From the IMG/VR virus record IMGVR_UViG_3300027733_000030, positions 96,001-160,000 of that record: 64,000 nucleotides of DNA. One strand, given 5' to 3'. The translations under genes were made by a program, and so were the position numbers. Below the pieces are notes generated by a model. It saw only the letters and a program-made list of their open reading frames with translations, was not told the origin of the DNA and did no database searches. The first letter of the stretch is position 1. Each line of letters begins with the position of its first letter. Positions 29,819 to 41,000 of the stretch are shown in pieces. The stretch comes from a virus.

Positions 29819-31447
29819 CTAAGAAAGATATATATCTCCAATAGCGCCATCAGTTGGCCTTCCACTACCATATTTGATATTTCTTAAAATCATAGTATTT
29901 AAAGCTCCACCATTAGTTGTCACGCCAGCACTAAAACCATTAATACTTGATGTAACAACTCCACCACTAAACCAAGCTACTCCAGTTGGAGAAATAAATG
30001 ATAAAGTTGCCCCAGACCCTGCATATATACTACCGCCATATCCTCCTGGATCCCCGATGCTCCAGCCACCTATTGATCCAGATGACGCAGTTATTACTCC
30101 AGTAAAAGATGCTATGCCATCTGAACCTATTGAAACAGTATTGGTTCCTAACGCATTATATGCTTTTATTCCTGTTGAATTTATTTGCAGTCTTGCTCCA
30201 GAAGATCCAGTTTGAACATTTACAACACCTAGATTAATTGTTCCAGTAGTAATGACTCCACCACTAATTGCAGTTACATTAGAGTTTACTTGTCCCCCAG
30301 TAATTAAACTTGTTGCTGCAGTACCGCCAATAGTTAGAGTAGTTCCATTCCAACTCAATTGATCCTTTAAGGAAAATTGACCAACGTTGTCAACATAGAA
30401 CGCTGTGTTCGCATTATTGAAAGTTCCTGTTCCAATATACATTTTTGTAGAACTTATAGTTAGTCCTGCAATTGATCCACCAGTAATCGCATCACCATTA
30501 TCAAATGTCCCAGGGGTTGATCCATCTGCAAACTGCAGGGTACCTCTTATTGTTAATGATGTGCCATTCCATAAAACATAGTTAGTTGCATTTCCAGTTC
30601 TAAACTGACCATTAGAGTACCAGTAGTTGTATGTTGGGTCACCAATAGTCATGCCACCGTTACCACCGTTGATAGCTCCATTAATCTTTAATTGATTAGG
30701 GGCAGTTCCCACTGTAATGCTATCTGCGGATAAAGTCGCTGTTACGGAAACATCTGATCCAATTGATATACTATCATTGTCGTAAGTAATTCCATTTGGT
30801 CCGCCCAAACTAAAATGACCATCTCCTCTAATCTGCCAACCTTGTGTACCTGAAGTGTCCAGGTAAGTGGTTGATTGAATAATGGAGTTCGCTCCATTAA
30901 GATTGATGGTATGAGACCCAATTGTTCCGGCAGTTATTTTTGAGGCGGTTAAAGATCCAATATATTGATTGTCGATTAAGGGAGTGTGTGGGTCAGTTTG
31001 GACCAATGAAGTCCACGGTCCTACGTTTCCAGTTGTGTCGATAGTTCTTGCTCTACCCCAAAAAGGCGCAAGCCCGCCACCATCTTCTTCTAACTGGAGA
31101 TTACTTACTCTGACAGTAAATACGTTGGCGTCAGCAAAACCAGTTAATGGGCCATCTTCATCAGACATATTGGAATTTTCATATAATTCATATTCATATT
31201 TTCTTACGTCTAGATCTTGACTATAATCAAAAACAAACATAACATTTTCTAAACCAGCATAGAGTTTAAGATTAGTTAGTGCAGAGGGTGTTGTTGCGTC
31301 GGTTGGTACTTGAAATCTAATAGTGTCTGAATAATCAGAAAGAACATTTAAATCAGAGTTCTTAGCCCTGACGGTAAGAACGTATTCTTTTCCAGGTTTT
31401 AAATTTTCTATTTTCTTTTTTATAATAGCCATGTTATCTGATTCCAC
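29819..31447 (-). CDS. Tail fibre / host-specificity protein
   Basis: N-terminal FN3 motifs (NLKPGKEY..TVRA) and LTASKITAGTI beta-helix-like repeats typical of tail tip/fibre proteins. Confidence 0.7.
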   Translation of the reverse strand: MESDNMAIIKKKIENLKPGKEYVLTVRAKNSDLNVLSDYSDTIRFQVPTDATTPSALTNLKLYAGLENVMFVFDYSQDLDVRKYEYELYENSNMSDEDGPLTGFADANVFTVRVSNLQLEEDGGGLAPFWGRARTIDTTGNVGPWTSLVQTDPHTPLIDNQYIGSLTASKITAGTIGSHTINLNGANSIIQSTTYLDTSGTQGWQIRGDGHFSLGGPNGITYDNDSISIGSDVSVTATLSADSITVGTAPNQLKINGAINGGNGGMTIGDPTYNYWYSNGQFRTGNATNYVLWNGTSLTIRGTLQFADGSTPGTFDNGDAITGGSIAGLTISSTKMYIGTGTFNNANTAFYVDNVGQFSLKDQLSWNGTTLTIGGTAATSLITGGQVNSNVTAISGGVITTGTINLGVVNVQTGSSGARLQINSTGIKAYNALGTNTVSIGSDGIASFTGVITASSGSIGGWSIGDPGGYGGSIYAGSGATLSFISPTGVAWFSGGVVTSSINGFSAGVTTNGGALNTMILRNIKYGSGRPTDGAIGDIYLS

Positions 31448-32351
31448 CTATGGATACAAAAACTGCTTGATCACTAATTTGTTCTTTATTAATACTTAAG
31501 TATAAATTATAACTAAAAGAATAAGAAGATATTTTAATATTATTTCCAGAAGATATAATATTTTTATCGGTAATTGTTTGAAGTTCTAAATTATAATCTC
31601 TATAATTTAAATCATTATTTTCGTATAAAATAACATTTTCTTGCAATGTTGTATTGTAACAATCCACTACTATCCAGTCAAGTTCTAGGGCCATATTTGG
31701 AAACTCTACATTTTGCAGACCAGTTAATTTAAGTTTAAACTTTCCATAATCAGGTCCTTTATTGCCATATATTTGTATGCTTGGTCCTGTAAAAGTTAAA
31801 TACAATTTTGAACCTGGATTTGAGGAAAGACCATTATTCCAATCGAGATTTGGATTTATAAAAGAAAAGTTATAGGATGACTCCGATCCAGCAACAACGT
31901 CATAATCAGTTATATCTACTTCAGTAAATAATGAATTGAACTGAGCTTGCTCTGCTGATGTGACCTGGTAATCTTCAGAGCTCAATAATTTAACATATCG
32001 TAAGTTTCCAGTTTTATAATATATACTATATTGACTTATTGTTTCTATGTCTGCTTCATGATCTTCGGCTGCTTGAAAATATAACGTATCATTGTTAATA
32101 ATATTATTTACTGGAACCATTCCAGAGTCTGACCCAATAGTTTCATATACTACTAGATATGAAGAATGATCTTCTAAGAGATCTAAAGAACTATTATAAT
32201 ATTTTTCTATTTCCAGATCAGTTACATCTATAAATAGCCATGTATCTTTTAATATTTTATCATTAGGCGTGAACTTGTTGATAGTTCTTTTAACGAGCGG
32301 ATAAGAATAAGTTGTGGATTCTCCTTGTTTAAAATATTTAAACCATGTCAT
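31434..32351 (-). CDS. Putative tail or baseplate structural protein
   Basis: 305 aa; C-terminal beta-sandwich-like segment (FTG..IQIYG.KGPDYGKF). Confidence 0.45.
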   Translation of the reverse strand: MTWFKYFKQGESTTYSYPLVKRTINKFTPNDKILKDTWLFIDVTDLEIEKYYNSSLDLLEDHSSYLVVYETIGSDSGMVPVNNIINNDTLYFQAAEDHEADIETISQYSIYYKTGNLRYVKLLSSEDYQVTSAEQAQFNSLFTEVDITDYDVVAGSESSYNFSFINPNLDWNNGLSSNPGSKLYLTFTGPSIQIYGNKGPDYGKFKLKLTGLQNVEFPNMALELDWIVVDCYNTTLQENVILYENNDLNYRDYNLELQTITDKNIISSGNNIKISSYSFSYNLYLSINKEQISDQAVFVSIGGIR

Positions 32352-32352
32352 A

Positions 32353-34026
32353 TTAAATTACTTCCGTATATAGAATTTCATATTCATGAGTATTTAGTGT
32401 GGCGTCGTCTACTTCAATAGAAATAACTGTATCAAATACTGGAACTCCGCCAGGAATTATGTCAGATATAAATCCATCAACTGTAACTGATAGAGGTTTA
32501 ACTGCATATGAATTTTGAGTCGCGTTGAGTGCTCTAATGTTTTCATAGTCAATATCGGTAGATTTAATTCGATGCGAACCATCTGATCCAGTGTGCGCGT
32601 GCTCACTCAGATCAACTCCATCTATAGTAATTCCTTCTTTTACGAATATATCTCCAGTAATATTTCCTTTATCTTTTAATATATACTGAGGATGATCATC
32701 GTCTAATAGGCCATCAAGTTTGGAATGACTAGATAAGAATGTATTATTTCTATTAGTATTGCTATATATATTTCTAAATAATGAAGAATATAGATCGTTC
32801 TCGACTGTTTGTAGTACTTGTCTTTTCTGCACTGATTTATTTCCTAATTGAGAAATGTAATTTGCATACTTTCTTTTTTCGTGAATTAAAGACATCATAG
32901 AGTCTACGCGTGCAGACATCATTTCGAATCTTTGCATACAGTCTGCGTGGATTGAAGCAAAGTTACCTTTTATTAAATTAGTAGCAACTATTAATTCTCC
33001 AGATAAAATTGGATTATCTTTGGAAAATTTAGTTGTTAAATAATCAAATTCTAATGGATTAGATATATCTTTAGATATTCTCAAGGATGGACTAACAAAT
33101 CTACTATAGAAGATTTCACAATTATCTATTAGATCTCTTTTTAGGGAAGCTATTTGATCATTAATTTCAGCGTCAACTGCGTTTAGTCTAATCGCAAAAA
33201 AAGCTTGGAATTGAGCGGCTTGCTTCTTAGATATCTTATCCAGTTCGGCATTGGGTATTTCTCCTGGCTTTGAAACGATTGTTTTTGCAATCCGTTGCGA
33301 ATAATGTACTGCGATTTTCCCCCATGTGTCATATTGTAACGCGATTTGTTGCTGTGTTGGATTTTCATATTCATCCCCAAAATCAAGTAGTAGTGAATTT
33401 TTAATATAACTAATTTCATTTAAAAATAAGTTTAATAATTTTCTTAATTGATAGAAATATGAGAATGTTGCTTGAGCTACAGCTTGATCATATTCATTAA
33501 CTAATCTCCTTCCTGCGGTAGAGGCGTGTCTTTCGGCAAATAAGTACTCATCAAAACAGATGTACCTTGGTGGATTATCTTTAGCTACTGTATTAATATC
33601 ATCAACTATCGTTGGAATTGTTTCTATATTATCTTCTATAACTTGAGTACGAAAAACAGTTTCTTGTTTTTTATCTGGAATATTCATTAGGGGAGATGAT
33701 TCGTCCCAAATTCTAAAATGTGATTCTTCAAGATCTGGATCAAGATATGGATTAATATAAATTTTTCTTAAAAGATTATTTTCTATATTATCTTTAGTTG
33801 CAGCTAGGATATTTTCAGAATTTAATATTTGTTGTTTTACAGAATCTAATGGAATATAATAATCTGTTCTAAAACTATAATCTGAAGCGTTAGGTAGAAG
33901 TCCAGCTAAACGAGGTGGGATTTGATTTGCAGGGGCTTTATCCCTATAGAAAGTATCGCCAAATTTATAATCTGCGTATATCTCTTTGGCGTCAGTTGAG
34001 TAACTTTGGATATTGTTTATAGACAT
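32353..34026 (-). CDS. Putative virion structural protein
   Basis: 557 aa; long helical body and C-terminal H..LDGL.DDDHPQY and DLSEHAHTG motifs seen in trimeric fibre/spike proteins. Confidence 0.5.
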   Translation of the reverse strand: MSINNIQSYSTDAKEIYADYKFGDTFYRDKAPANQIPPRLAGLLPNASDYSFRTDYYIPLDSVKQQILNSENILAATKDNIENNLLRKIYINPYLDPDLEESHFRIWDESSPLMNIPDKKQETVFRTQVIEDNIETIPTIVDDINTVAKDNPPRYICFDEYLFAERHASTAGRRLVNEYDQAVAQATFSYFYQLRKLLNLFLNEISYIKNSLLLDFGDEYENPTQQQIALQYDTWGKIAVHYSQRIAKTIVSKPGEIPNAELDKISKKQAAQFQAFFAIRLNAVDAEINDQIASLKRDLIDNCEIFYSRFVSPSLRISKDISNPLEFDYLTTKFSKDNPILSGELIVATNLIKGNFASIHADCMQRFEMMSARVDSMMSLIHEKRKYANYISQLGNKSVQKRQVLQTVENDLYSSLFRNIYSNTNRNNTFLSSHSKLDGLLDDDHPQYILKDKGNITGDIFVKEGITIDGVDLSEHAHTGSDGSHRIKSTDIDYENIRALNATQNSYAVKPLSVTVDGFISDIIPGGVPVFDTVISIEVDDATLNTHEYEILYTEVI

Positions 34027-34034
34027 AATAATCC

Positions 34035-35891
34035 TTAAAACATCTTTCTAGAAATTCGACCACTAGAGTTCTTCTTTCGACTCATCCCAGTAGATAAAGC
34101 TTGAACTCTTCCAGTGATAAAATTACTGGGATTCTTTTCTTCTTCATCATCTTTAGTACCAGGTTTAGTCATAAAAAACTCATTAGAAAATGATTGAGTC
34201 TTATCTGCGTAGTTAGTTCTAGCAAAATCTCCATAGTTTTGGGTAATAGCCAATAGGGCTAACATTAGGGCATCGTGGGCATGGTCTACGGCTGATCCAC
34301 CCGCTTCAAAGACCGGTCTACCACTACTGGTCATTCTCACTACAACATATGAAATTAACTGGAGATACATTTCTTCATCATCTTCAGGAAATAGTATATT
34401 TTCACGTTCCAAATATTGACGAAGATTATCAACCATATAAGGTTTCATTTCTTTCTTAATCATTAATTTAGTATAAGGGTCTCGAACCTCTATAGACTCA
34501 CCAAATCCAATGCCCTTGACTCTTTCTTTCATTTTTGAAGATGGATTTTCTACGCCATGTTTTCTCAAAAGTTCTACTTGAACTTCCCCATATCCACGGT
34601 CAACATATATGTGCTTAGGATTAAAAATTTGATTAAGTTCAATGATTCTGTCTACCGCGCGCGTAAGCGTGTATTCTGACTTACTAATTTCTTCACGATA
34701 ATAAAGTCTGACCTTACCTCTGAATCTTGGATCCTCATAGTTGTCAGCACAGACTTCTAAAACAACTATATTTGTACCAGCTCCATATTTATCCCAGTCT
34801 ACCCCTATAACATGGAATGATCTGGCAGACATAATTTCAGGGTGATATTTCCACGATGGTGCAACAAATGCACGGTCGATAAACTTTCTTGGATAAACTC
34901 CTTCTGAGTCTTCTCCCCAGTCAGCTTCTATTTCATGTCGATATCCACTAGAAGAATATTGTTCTCTAAATTCTTCTTCTTGTTCTTTACTGAAAAATGG
35001 GTTACAGTATGAAGGAAACCAAAACTCTTTAAACCTTGCACTGTTGCACCATTCCCAGAATCTTTCTCTACGACCAGTTGGAGTAGATGCGCCGATCATT
35101 ACTTTGTCAGGTTGATCTTCTGCAGTTTTCTGGAGCATGGCATATAAGGCGTCAAGATCGTCCGCATGCATATAGTCCATTTCGTCAAGAACAATAAGAT
35201 GTGCTTCTTGACCACGAGCAACATCACTCCTTCCGCCGGACTTCATACCAGAAGTGAAGAATCTAATTGTTGATCCATTAGAAAACTGAATCATAAACTG
35301 CGGGCTAGTAACTTTTCTAGTAATAGAATTAGTTACTACTTCATTCTTTGCGGATATTCTTAAAATTTCCTGGTAGATAAGTTCTACCTGGGTTTTCATT
35401 GGCGCGATAACTAATGATCTTCCATCTTTATGAGTATAGCTATAGTGTAGCAATTGTATTGCAAGACTGAATGTTTTGCCAAGACGACGACCTGCTCTAA
35501 GAACTTTTCTCAAAGATGGGTCTCGCAAAATGAGAATTTGATATACTCTCAGATCTGCTTGCAAAAATTGTTTTGCCCAAACAACAGAATCTTTTGCAAC
35601 ATGCAGTTGCCTTTGATGTTCCGAACTAATTCCCGCAGCTAATAATTCTTTATCTAATTCAAATGGTTCATCTATAAGAAGTGATAATTCTTGATTAGTT
35701 AATTGCCTATTTAATACTGGTGTTCCATCATTCCAAGATAAATGGTTTAATTTATTTTCAAAAACCCATTCAATTCTATTAATTTGCTTTATTAATTCAG
35801 GATCCTGTGCTTTAATTATTTCAAGAAGATCTTCCCTTGACAGGGCTTCTAAAGATTCTCTAAATTGTTTTGTCTTACTTGATATAGTCAT
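34035..35891 (-). CDS. terL: Terminase large subunit
   Basis: Walker A RAGRRLGKT, Walker B LIVLDEMD, GASTP motif III, RNase H-like nuclease IGVDWD...DHAHDA. Confidence 0.95.
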   Translation of the reverse strand: MTISSKTKQFRESLEALSREDLLEIIKAQDPELIKQINRIEWVFENKLNHLSWNDGTPVLNRQLTNQELSLLIDEPFELDKELLAAGISSEHQRQLHVAKDSVVWAKQFLQADLRVYQILILRDPSLRKVLRAGRRLGKTFSLAIQLLHYSYTHKDGRSLVIAPMKTQVELIYQEILRISAKNEVVTNSITRKVTSPQFMIQFSNGSTIRFFTSGMKSGGRSDVARGQEAHLIVLDEMDYMHADDLDALYAMLQKTAEDQPDKVMIGASTPTGRRERFWEWCNSARFKEFWFPSYCNPFFSKEQEEEFREQYSSSGYRHEIEADWGEDSEGVYPRKFIDRAFVAPSWKYHPEIMSARSFHVIGVDWDKYGAGTNIVVLEVCADNYEDPRFRGKVRLYYREEISKSEYTLTRAVDRIIELNQIFNPKHIYVDRGYGEVQVELLRKHGVENPSSKMKERVKGIGFGESIEVRDPYTKLMIKKEMKPYMVDNLRQYLERENILFPEDDEEMYLQLISYVVVRMTSSGRPVFEAGGSAVDHAHDALMLALLAITQNYGDFARTNYADKTQSFSNEFFMTKPGTKDDEEEKNPSNFITGRVQALSTGMSRKKNSSGRISRKMF

Positions 35892-35894
35892 AAA

Positions 35895-37427
35895 TCATCC
35901 ATAGTGGGCAGCCATCATAGCACCCTCTGATCCTAGCATACTTCTTGCATTTAATCTAGAGTTTTGAATAGCCATTACTCCTCGTGATCTTGAAGTTGCT
36001 GCTGCTTCTGTATCCTTATATCCCATGCCAAATAAAGGTTTATTGATATCTCCTTGCAAAGATTTTCCAGCGTCTTTAGCTAAGTTAATACCGCTCTTAA
36101 CAACTTCTCCTGCCATCTTACCTAAATCATATACTAAAGATGCTGTAGCAATTACGTTAAGTCCAGGTATAGCCATTGCTCCAGCTCTGGCTCCAAGAAC
36201 TTTCATGCCAGCTTTTGAACCCAATGCTTCCATGACTCCTTTTCCACCAAGTTCTTTGAAAACACCATTTTCTAAGACATGCTGTGCTGCTTCCATACCA
36301 ACCTTGCCCGCTATTTGTTTTTCACCCAAAGCTTCTGTCATATGAGCTACTGCTTTTTGTGCTCCTGTTAAAGCTTTTCCTTCTAAACCTGATCGAGTTG
36401 CAAATCCTTGTGCTCCTCTGAAATAACCAGCCATATATCTAGTTGCTTCTCCAGATACAGAAGATGCCATAAGATTTCCTCTAACTCCCATGGTTGATTC
36501 ACTCGCTCCTACAATTGTTTTACCTTCAACTTTTAAGGCGTTTCCGGTTAAACCTAACATTGATCTATCTGCATATGATCCACCCATTAAACTATATCTA
36601 CCCGCGGCATTCCCGATGCTCATGCCAGTGTCTTTGAGTGCTCCACTCTGCATAATTCTTTCTGCTGTATCTTTTTTCAAAAACCTTCCCATTTTTAATT
36701 CTTCAACAATGCCCGGATTATTCATTTTAGCTAAACTTCCAATATTTCTATCTACCGTTGCTAATTTTTTAGCGGCTCTTCTAGAACCACTTCTTTCTAG
36801 TAGGTCTGTTTTTCTACCAGCTGTGATGAAAGAAAGTAGGCCTGGACCAAATGCAGATCCTCCGGCAGCAGGGTCGACTCCTGCATTTGCTGCAATTTTT
36901 CTACCAAATTTACTATTACCCATTATATGGGCTGCACCGAATGGGGTATATGTACCACTTTCTTTGAAGACGCTTAATGAGTGGAATCTACCTAAGGCTC
37001 TAGGTCTCATTGTGATGTTATTAACTCTAGCACCACGTAGCCATCCAGCTTTTTCTACAGATTCTGCTCCAACAAGTTTACTAATTCTACCAACTTTAGT
37101 GCTTTCGGTACTTAATCTAGCAGCTCTCCTACCTAGTATGCCTCTTCCACCAGCTATTCTTCCTCCACCTATGAAGTTAGCTGCACTTCTTTCGGAAAGT
37201 ACACCAGCTTCATCCATAAGCCTAAATTTACTAGCCATGCGTGAGCCTTTTGCATATTTATAGTCCATGAATCCGCCACGCATTAAGGTATTAGTTCCTC
37301 TTGCAGTGCTGAATCCTACTGAAGTAGCAATACCTGGAATATTTTCCATCATTCGCATAGCTAATGGTGCTTGAACGCCAGACATGTCCATAGCTTCTTG
37401 CATTACTTGCTCTCTCATGACTGCCAT
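35895..37427 (-). CDS. Basic Gly/Ala-rich protein, putative internal/ejection virion protein
   Basis: 510 aa, K/R/G/A/M rich, hydrophobic segment near the C-terminus. Confidence 0.45.
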   Translation of the reverse strand: MAVMREQVMQEAMDMSGVQAPLAMRMMENIPGIATSVGFSTARGTNTLMRGGFMDYKYAKGSRMASKFRLMDEAGVLSERSAANFIGGGRIAGGRGILGRRAARLSTESTKVGRISKLVGAESVEKAGWLRGARVNNITMRPRALGRFHSLSVFKESGTYTPFGAAHIMGNSKFGRKIAANAGVDPAAGGSAFGPGLLSFITAGRKTDLLERSGSRRAAKKLATVDRNIGSLAKMNNPGIVEELKMGRFLKKDTAERIMQSGALKDTGMSIGNAAGRYSLMGGSYADRSMLGLTGNALKVEGKTIVGASESTMGVRGNLMASSVSGEATRYMAGYFRGAQGFATRSGLEGKALTGAQKAVAHMTEALGEKQIAGKVGMEAAQHVLENGVFKELGGKGVMEALGSKAGMKVLGARAGAMAIPGLNVIATASLVYDLGKMAGEVVKSGINLAKDAGKSLQGDINKPLFGMGYKDTEAAATSRSRGVMAIQNSRLNARSMLGSEGAMMAAHYG

Positions 37428-37429
37428 TG

Positions 37430-38053
37430 TTAATAGCCTCTTCTGGAGTTATGCATTCCGAGAACTACATCTCCAGATGCGCCTAAGTCATTCATCATCT
37501 GTCTAGTTCCCTTTTGTGAATATGGAGAGTTTGAAAAAAAGTCTGGATTATCTGATTTCATATAATGCATTGCTGCAGCTGCGGGAACTGCCATTCCGGC
37601 TATTGTTCCCACCCCTGCACCTAAGGCTGCTCCAGCAAATGCGCCCGCAAACATTCCTCCAACTCCTTTTTTAGCTCCCATAATACCCCCAGCCATTGTA
37701 CCTAAAACCCCTCCAGCAAATCCGCCAGCTAATCCCGTAGGTACGGGCCCTGGAATCATTGGATGTGTTCTCATGAAATCTCCAGGATTAGTCATTTGGA
37801 CAGCAGTACCCAAATTGCCACCAATACCAGCGCCCAATAGTGATCTTCCAGAAAACTTAGATCCAGTAAAATATCGATCTGCATTAGGATCGCCTAAGCC
37901 AACATCTAACACTGCATCACGTGCAGCTGGTCCAGCTTTCTTTGCAAAACCAGCTAATCCGGCGACTGCGCCAATTGCTAATAAAGATCCTTTACGTGAA
38001 CCAAGATGAGAAACTCCTCTACCTAATGATTCTAATATTCCCATGCCTGGCAT
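37430..38053 (-). CDS. Gly-rich membrane-active protein, putative ejection protein
   Basis: 207 aa with long GxxxG-rich hydrophobic stretches. Confidence 0.5.
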   Translation of the reverse strand: MPGMGILESLGRGVSHLGSRKGSLLAIGAVAGLAGFAKKAGPAARDAVLDVGLGDPNADRYFTGSKFSGRSLLGAGIGGNLGTAVQMTNPGDFMRTHPMIPGPVPTGLAGGFAGGVLGTMAGGIMGAKKGVGGMFAGAFAGAALGAGVGTIAGMAVPAAAAMHYMKSDNPDFFSNSPYSQKGTRQMMNDLGASGDVVLGMHNSRRGY

Positions 38054-38057
38054 TTAA

Positions 38058-41000
38058 TTATCCTCCAAAAAGATGATTATATTTATTTGGGCCCATTTGA
38101 GTATGGCCAATTTTTGCTCGATCTAGATTTCCTACAACTCCAGCGGTAGCTAATGGATCTTTTCTAAAAGAAGAAACTTGGCTGAATGCCCTACTTGAAT
38201 CTTCCATTTGATCTGTAGTAATTGCCCTTTCAGTAGGCTGCCTATCTAGCGTTTCGTTGTACAGTTGTCTTTCTCTATGTTTCTTATACATATAGTAACC
38301 AGCTGCAGCTACACCCACTCCTAAAGCGCCATATCCCAATTTTGCTTTATGGGATGCGTAGAACTCTGCCATTTTATTGATTTCAAGACCAGATTTACCT
38401 CGACGAATATTTTTTGTTATTGCTAAATTAGTAGATTTATCAGAACCCATTATTTCAGCTATTTCATTTGCATTTTTAACTGATCGAGATAATTTAGCTC
38501 CGCTTTTATCTACTATAACTTCTTCTGCTTTCTCTAAATCTTTTGTTTTACCAGCAATGTCTACTGCTTTTCTATCCATATAATTATTGATAACTACAAC
38601 ATCAGAGGTATGCCCAGTTGTTGCTATTGATCCAGTTCTGATATTAAGAAGAACGTCGTTAGATATTGGAGTTCCAGATTGTTCAAGGCTTGATATTATT
38701 TCAGCTGAAGCATCGCCTGCGTGACCAAAAATAATTCCTTTATCCATTATCCCTTCAGTCATGGACTCAATATGAGGCGTTAGTCCTTGGCTAGTATTTT
38801 TTGCTGCGTTTACATTATTAATCGCTTCAGTAATAGACGCATTAAAATCTGCTTCTTTTACCCCTGTTATTCTTGAAACTTCATTTTTATCCCCCATAAT
38901 GTCAAGAAGATGTCCACTAAAAATTTTAGTTTCATCATGAACCATTTGTCTATCTGCTAACCATACCGCATTTACAGTATCACCCTCTTGCCTTCTGGCT
39001 ATTGAAAGACCAGTATGCGCAATTGTTGTTTCGGTTTTCCCTAAAGAAGCTTGCGTTCTACTGAATGCTTCTTGTAAGATTTCTGGAGGCAACATCATTT
39101 TTGGAATTTCAGTAGTTGAGTCTAGAGCATTTAAAAGTTTTACTTCTTTTTGAGAATGAAAAAATGTCATTCCTAATTCTGCTGTTAAATTAGATTTAGC
39201 AGAGTGGGCAATGTGTTCTGCAGTATATCCAGCTGCTGCGCCTGCACGATTTGCCTCATGTCCAATTTTAGCAGTTGCATTTGCCATAATTGTAGAATAT
39301 GCTCTGTCATCCATAGATAAAATATGTGCGTATGGGTCACCAACTTTAGCAAATGCGTTTGCTACATCGGATGCCTGCTTTAAACTGTAATCATTTAACC
39401 CCGATTGAAATACTGACTGTATTGGGGCCTTACCTCGCGCGAGTCTCATTTGGTCTCCATAGGATAGCCCCGTACCAAATTCTCGATAAGTAGTACCGAA
39501 TGTTTCAGTTAGATCTTTAGCTGTCATGCTATTTGCATTTACGGCTTGCATTGACCTTGAGATATGAATTAATTCATCAGCTTTTGAAGCTCTTTGAATG
39601 CTAATGCTTGTGTCAACAATTGCCTCTGCTGCTAAATTTCTTACGCCAGTATGTTTTACCCCTCCAACAACAAGATCACCTAAATTTGTTCTTGATCTTG
39701 CAGATTTAAGTATTTGATCAATAACATTTCCAGCGTGAGTTTCATCCACCAGTTGCTTTCCTTCACCAGTGATAAAATGATATCCCATTCCGTTATCGCC
39801 TTTAGTATATTCCAGAATACCTTTCTTGGTCATATCAGTTGCGCTAATTACATTGGCGCCCACTCTCTGATTAATATCTTCCGCAGATAATGAAAGTGAT
39901 ATTCCCTTTTTACCTTCTGCTGTAGTTAAATAATTAAAAACATTCTGAGACATGTGTTCAACGCTGGCTATATTGGTTGTTGGAGTTATAGCGGAAGACT
40001 GTAGAATTTTTGATCTGGCAAATGTACCAAATTCACTTTTCTTCAATCCTTTTGCCATTGCTTGTTGTGTAGTCAAACTGCTAGCTTCATGCTCAGCCAT
40101 TGCTTGTATTTTTAATTCTCCATTTTGAACATATCTAGCTATATGGGACTGTAAATGAACGTCTGTTTCAGCAATGTGAGAACCCTTAGTTATCAAATCA
40201 AATAAATTGTTTGCCTGTCCATCTTTTTCTATTAGTTCGAATAAATTAGTATTCAATGCGATGTTTTCAACGCTACCGTATGATGCAGATCCTCCAATAT
40301 GGGTTCTTGCTAAAATCTCATGAGAAAATAAATTATTAACAAATGCCTTAGATCTTTCGCTTATGTCGGCATACTTTCCGGCATCAACGAGTTCTTGAAC
40401 CTGACCCTGAAGATGTGATCGAGTAGCCTCCAAGGTATCTATCACATAATTTCCTTGGGCTCTTCTCTTTGCAAATTCGGTAAAAGCTTTATTTATTCCC
40501 GTGTGTTGCGCAAAACCTTCTTGTTTTATTGCGGTATCAATCATTTTGTCAATGTCAAAATTTATATTATGTCCAGCAACTCTGTCTGCTTCTAATAATT
40601 TGTTGAAAAATCTTTCAGTTGCATCTAGATAATTTTTTCCACCTTCACCCATTTCAGACAAGGGAATACCTTCTGCTTTTGCTAGGAATTCACTCAATGG
40701 ACGAACTCCATCATTCATTGTAGTTACCCTCAGCCCTGCCGTTTGAGGTGATTTAAACGCATACTGAAAATCCTTTAATTTAGTTATTGGATCCCTTAAT
40801 GTTTCTGGCATGCTTATTTTTCCAGTATGATCCATGGTCATTTCAGCCATGGACATAGATCTAACATTTGAGAATTCAGTAACTCCTGTAGTTTCAACGT
40901 CAAATGTAAGTATCTTTAATTTTTTGCCTTGTGTTGGAGCCGATCCGAAAATTTTAGATGGTCCATTAACATTAGCATTTTCAAACAGATCTTTTACTGT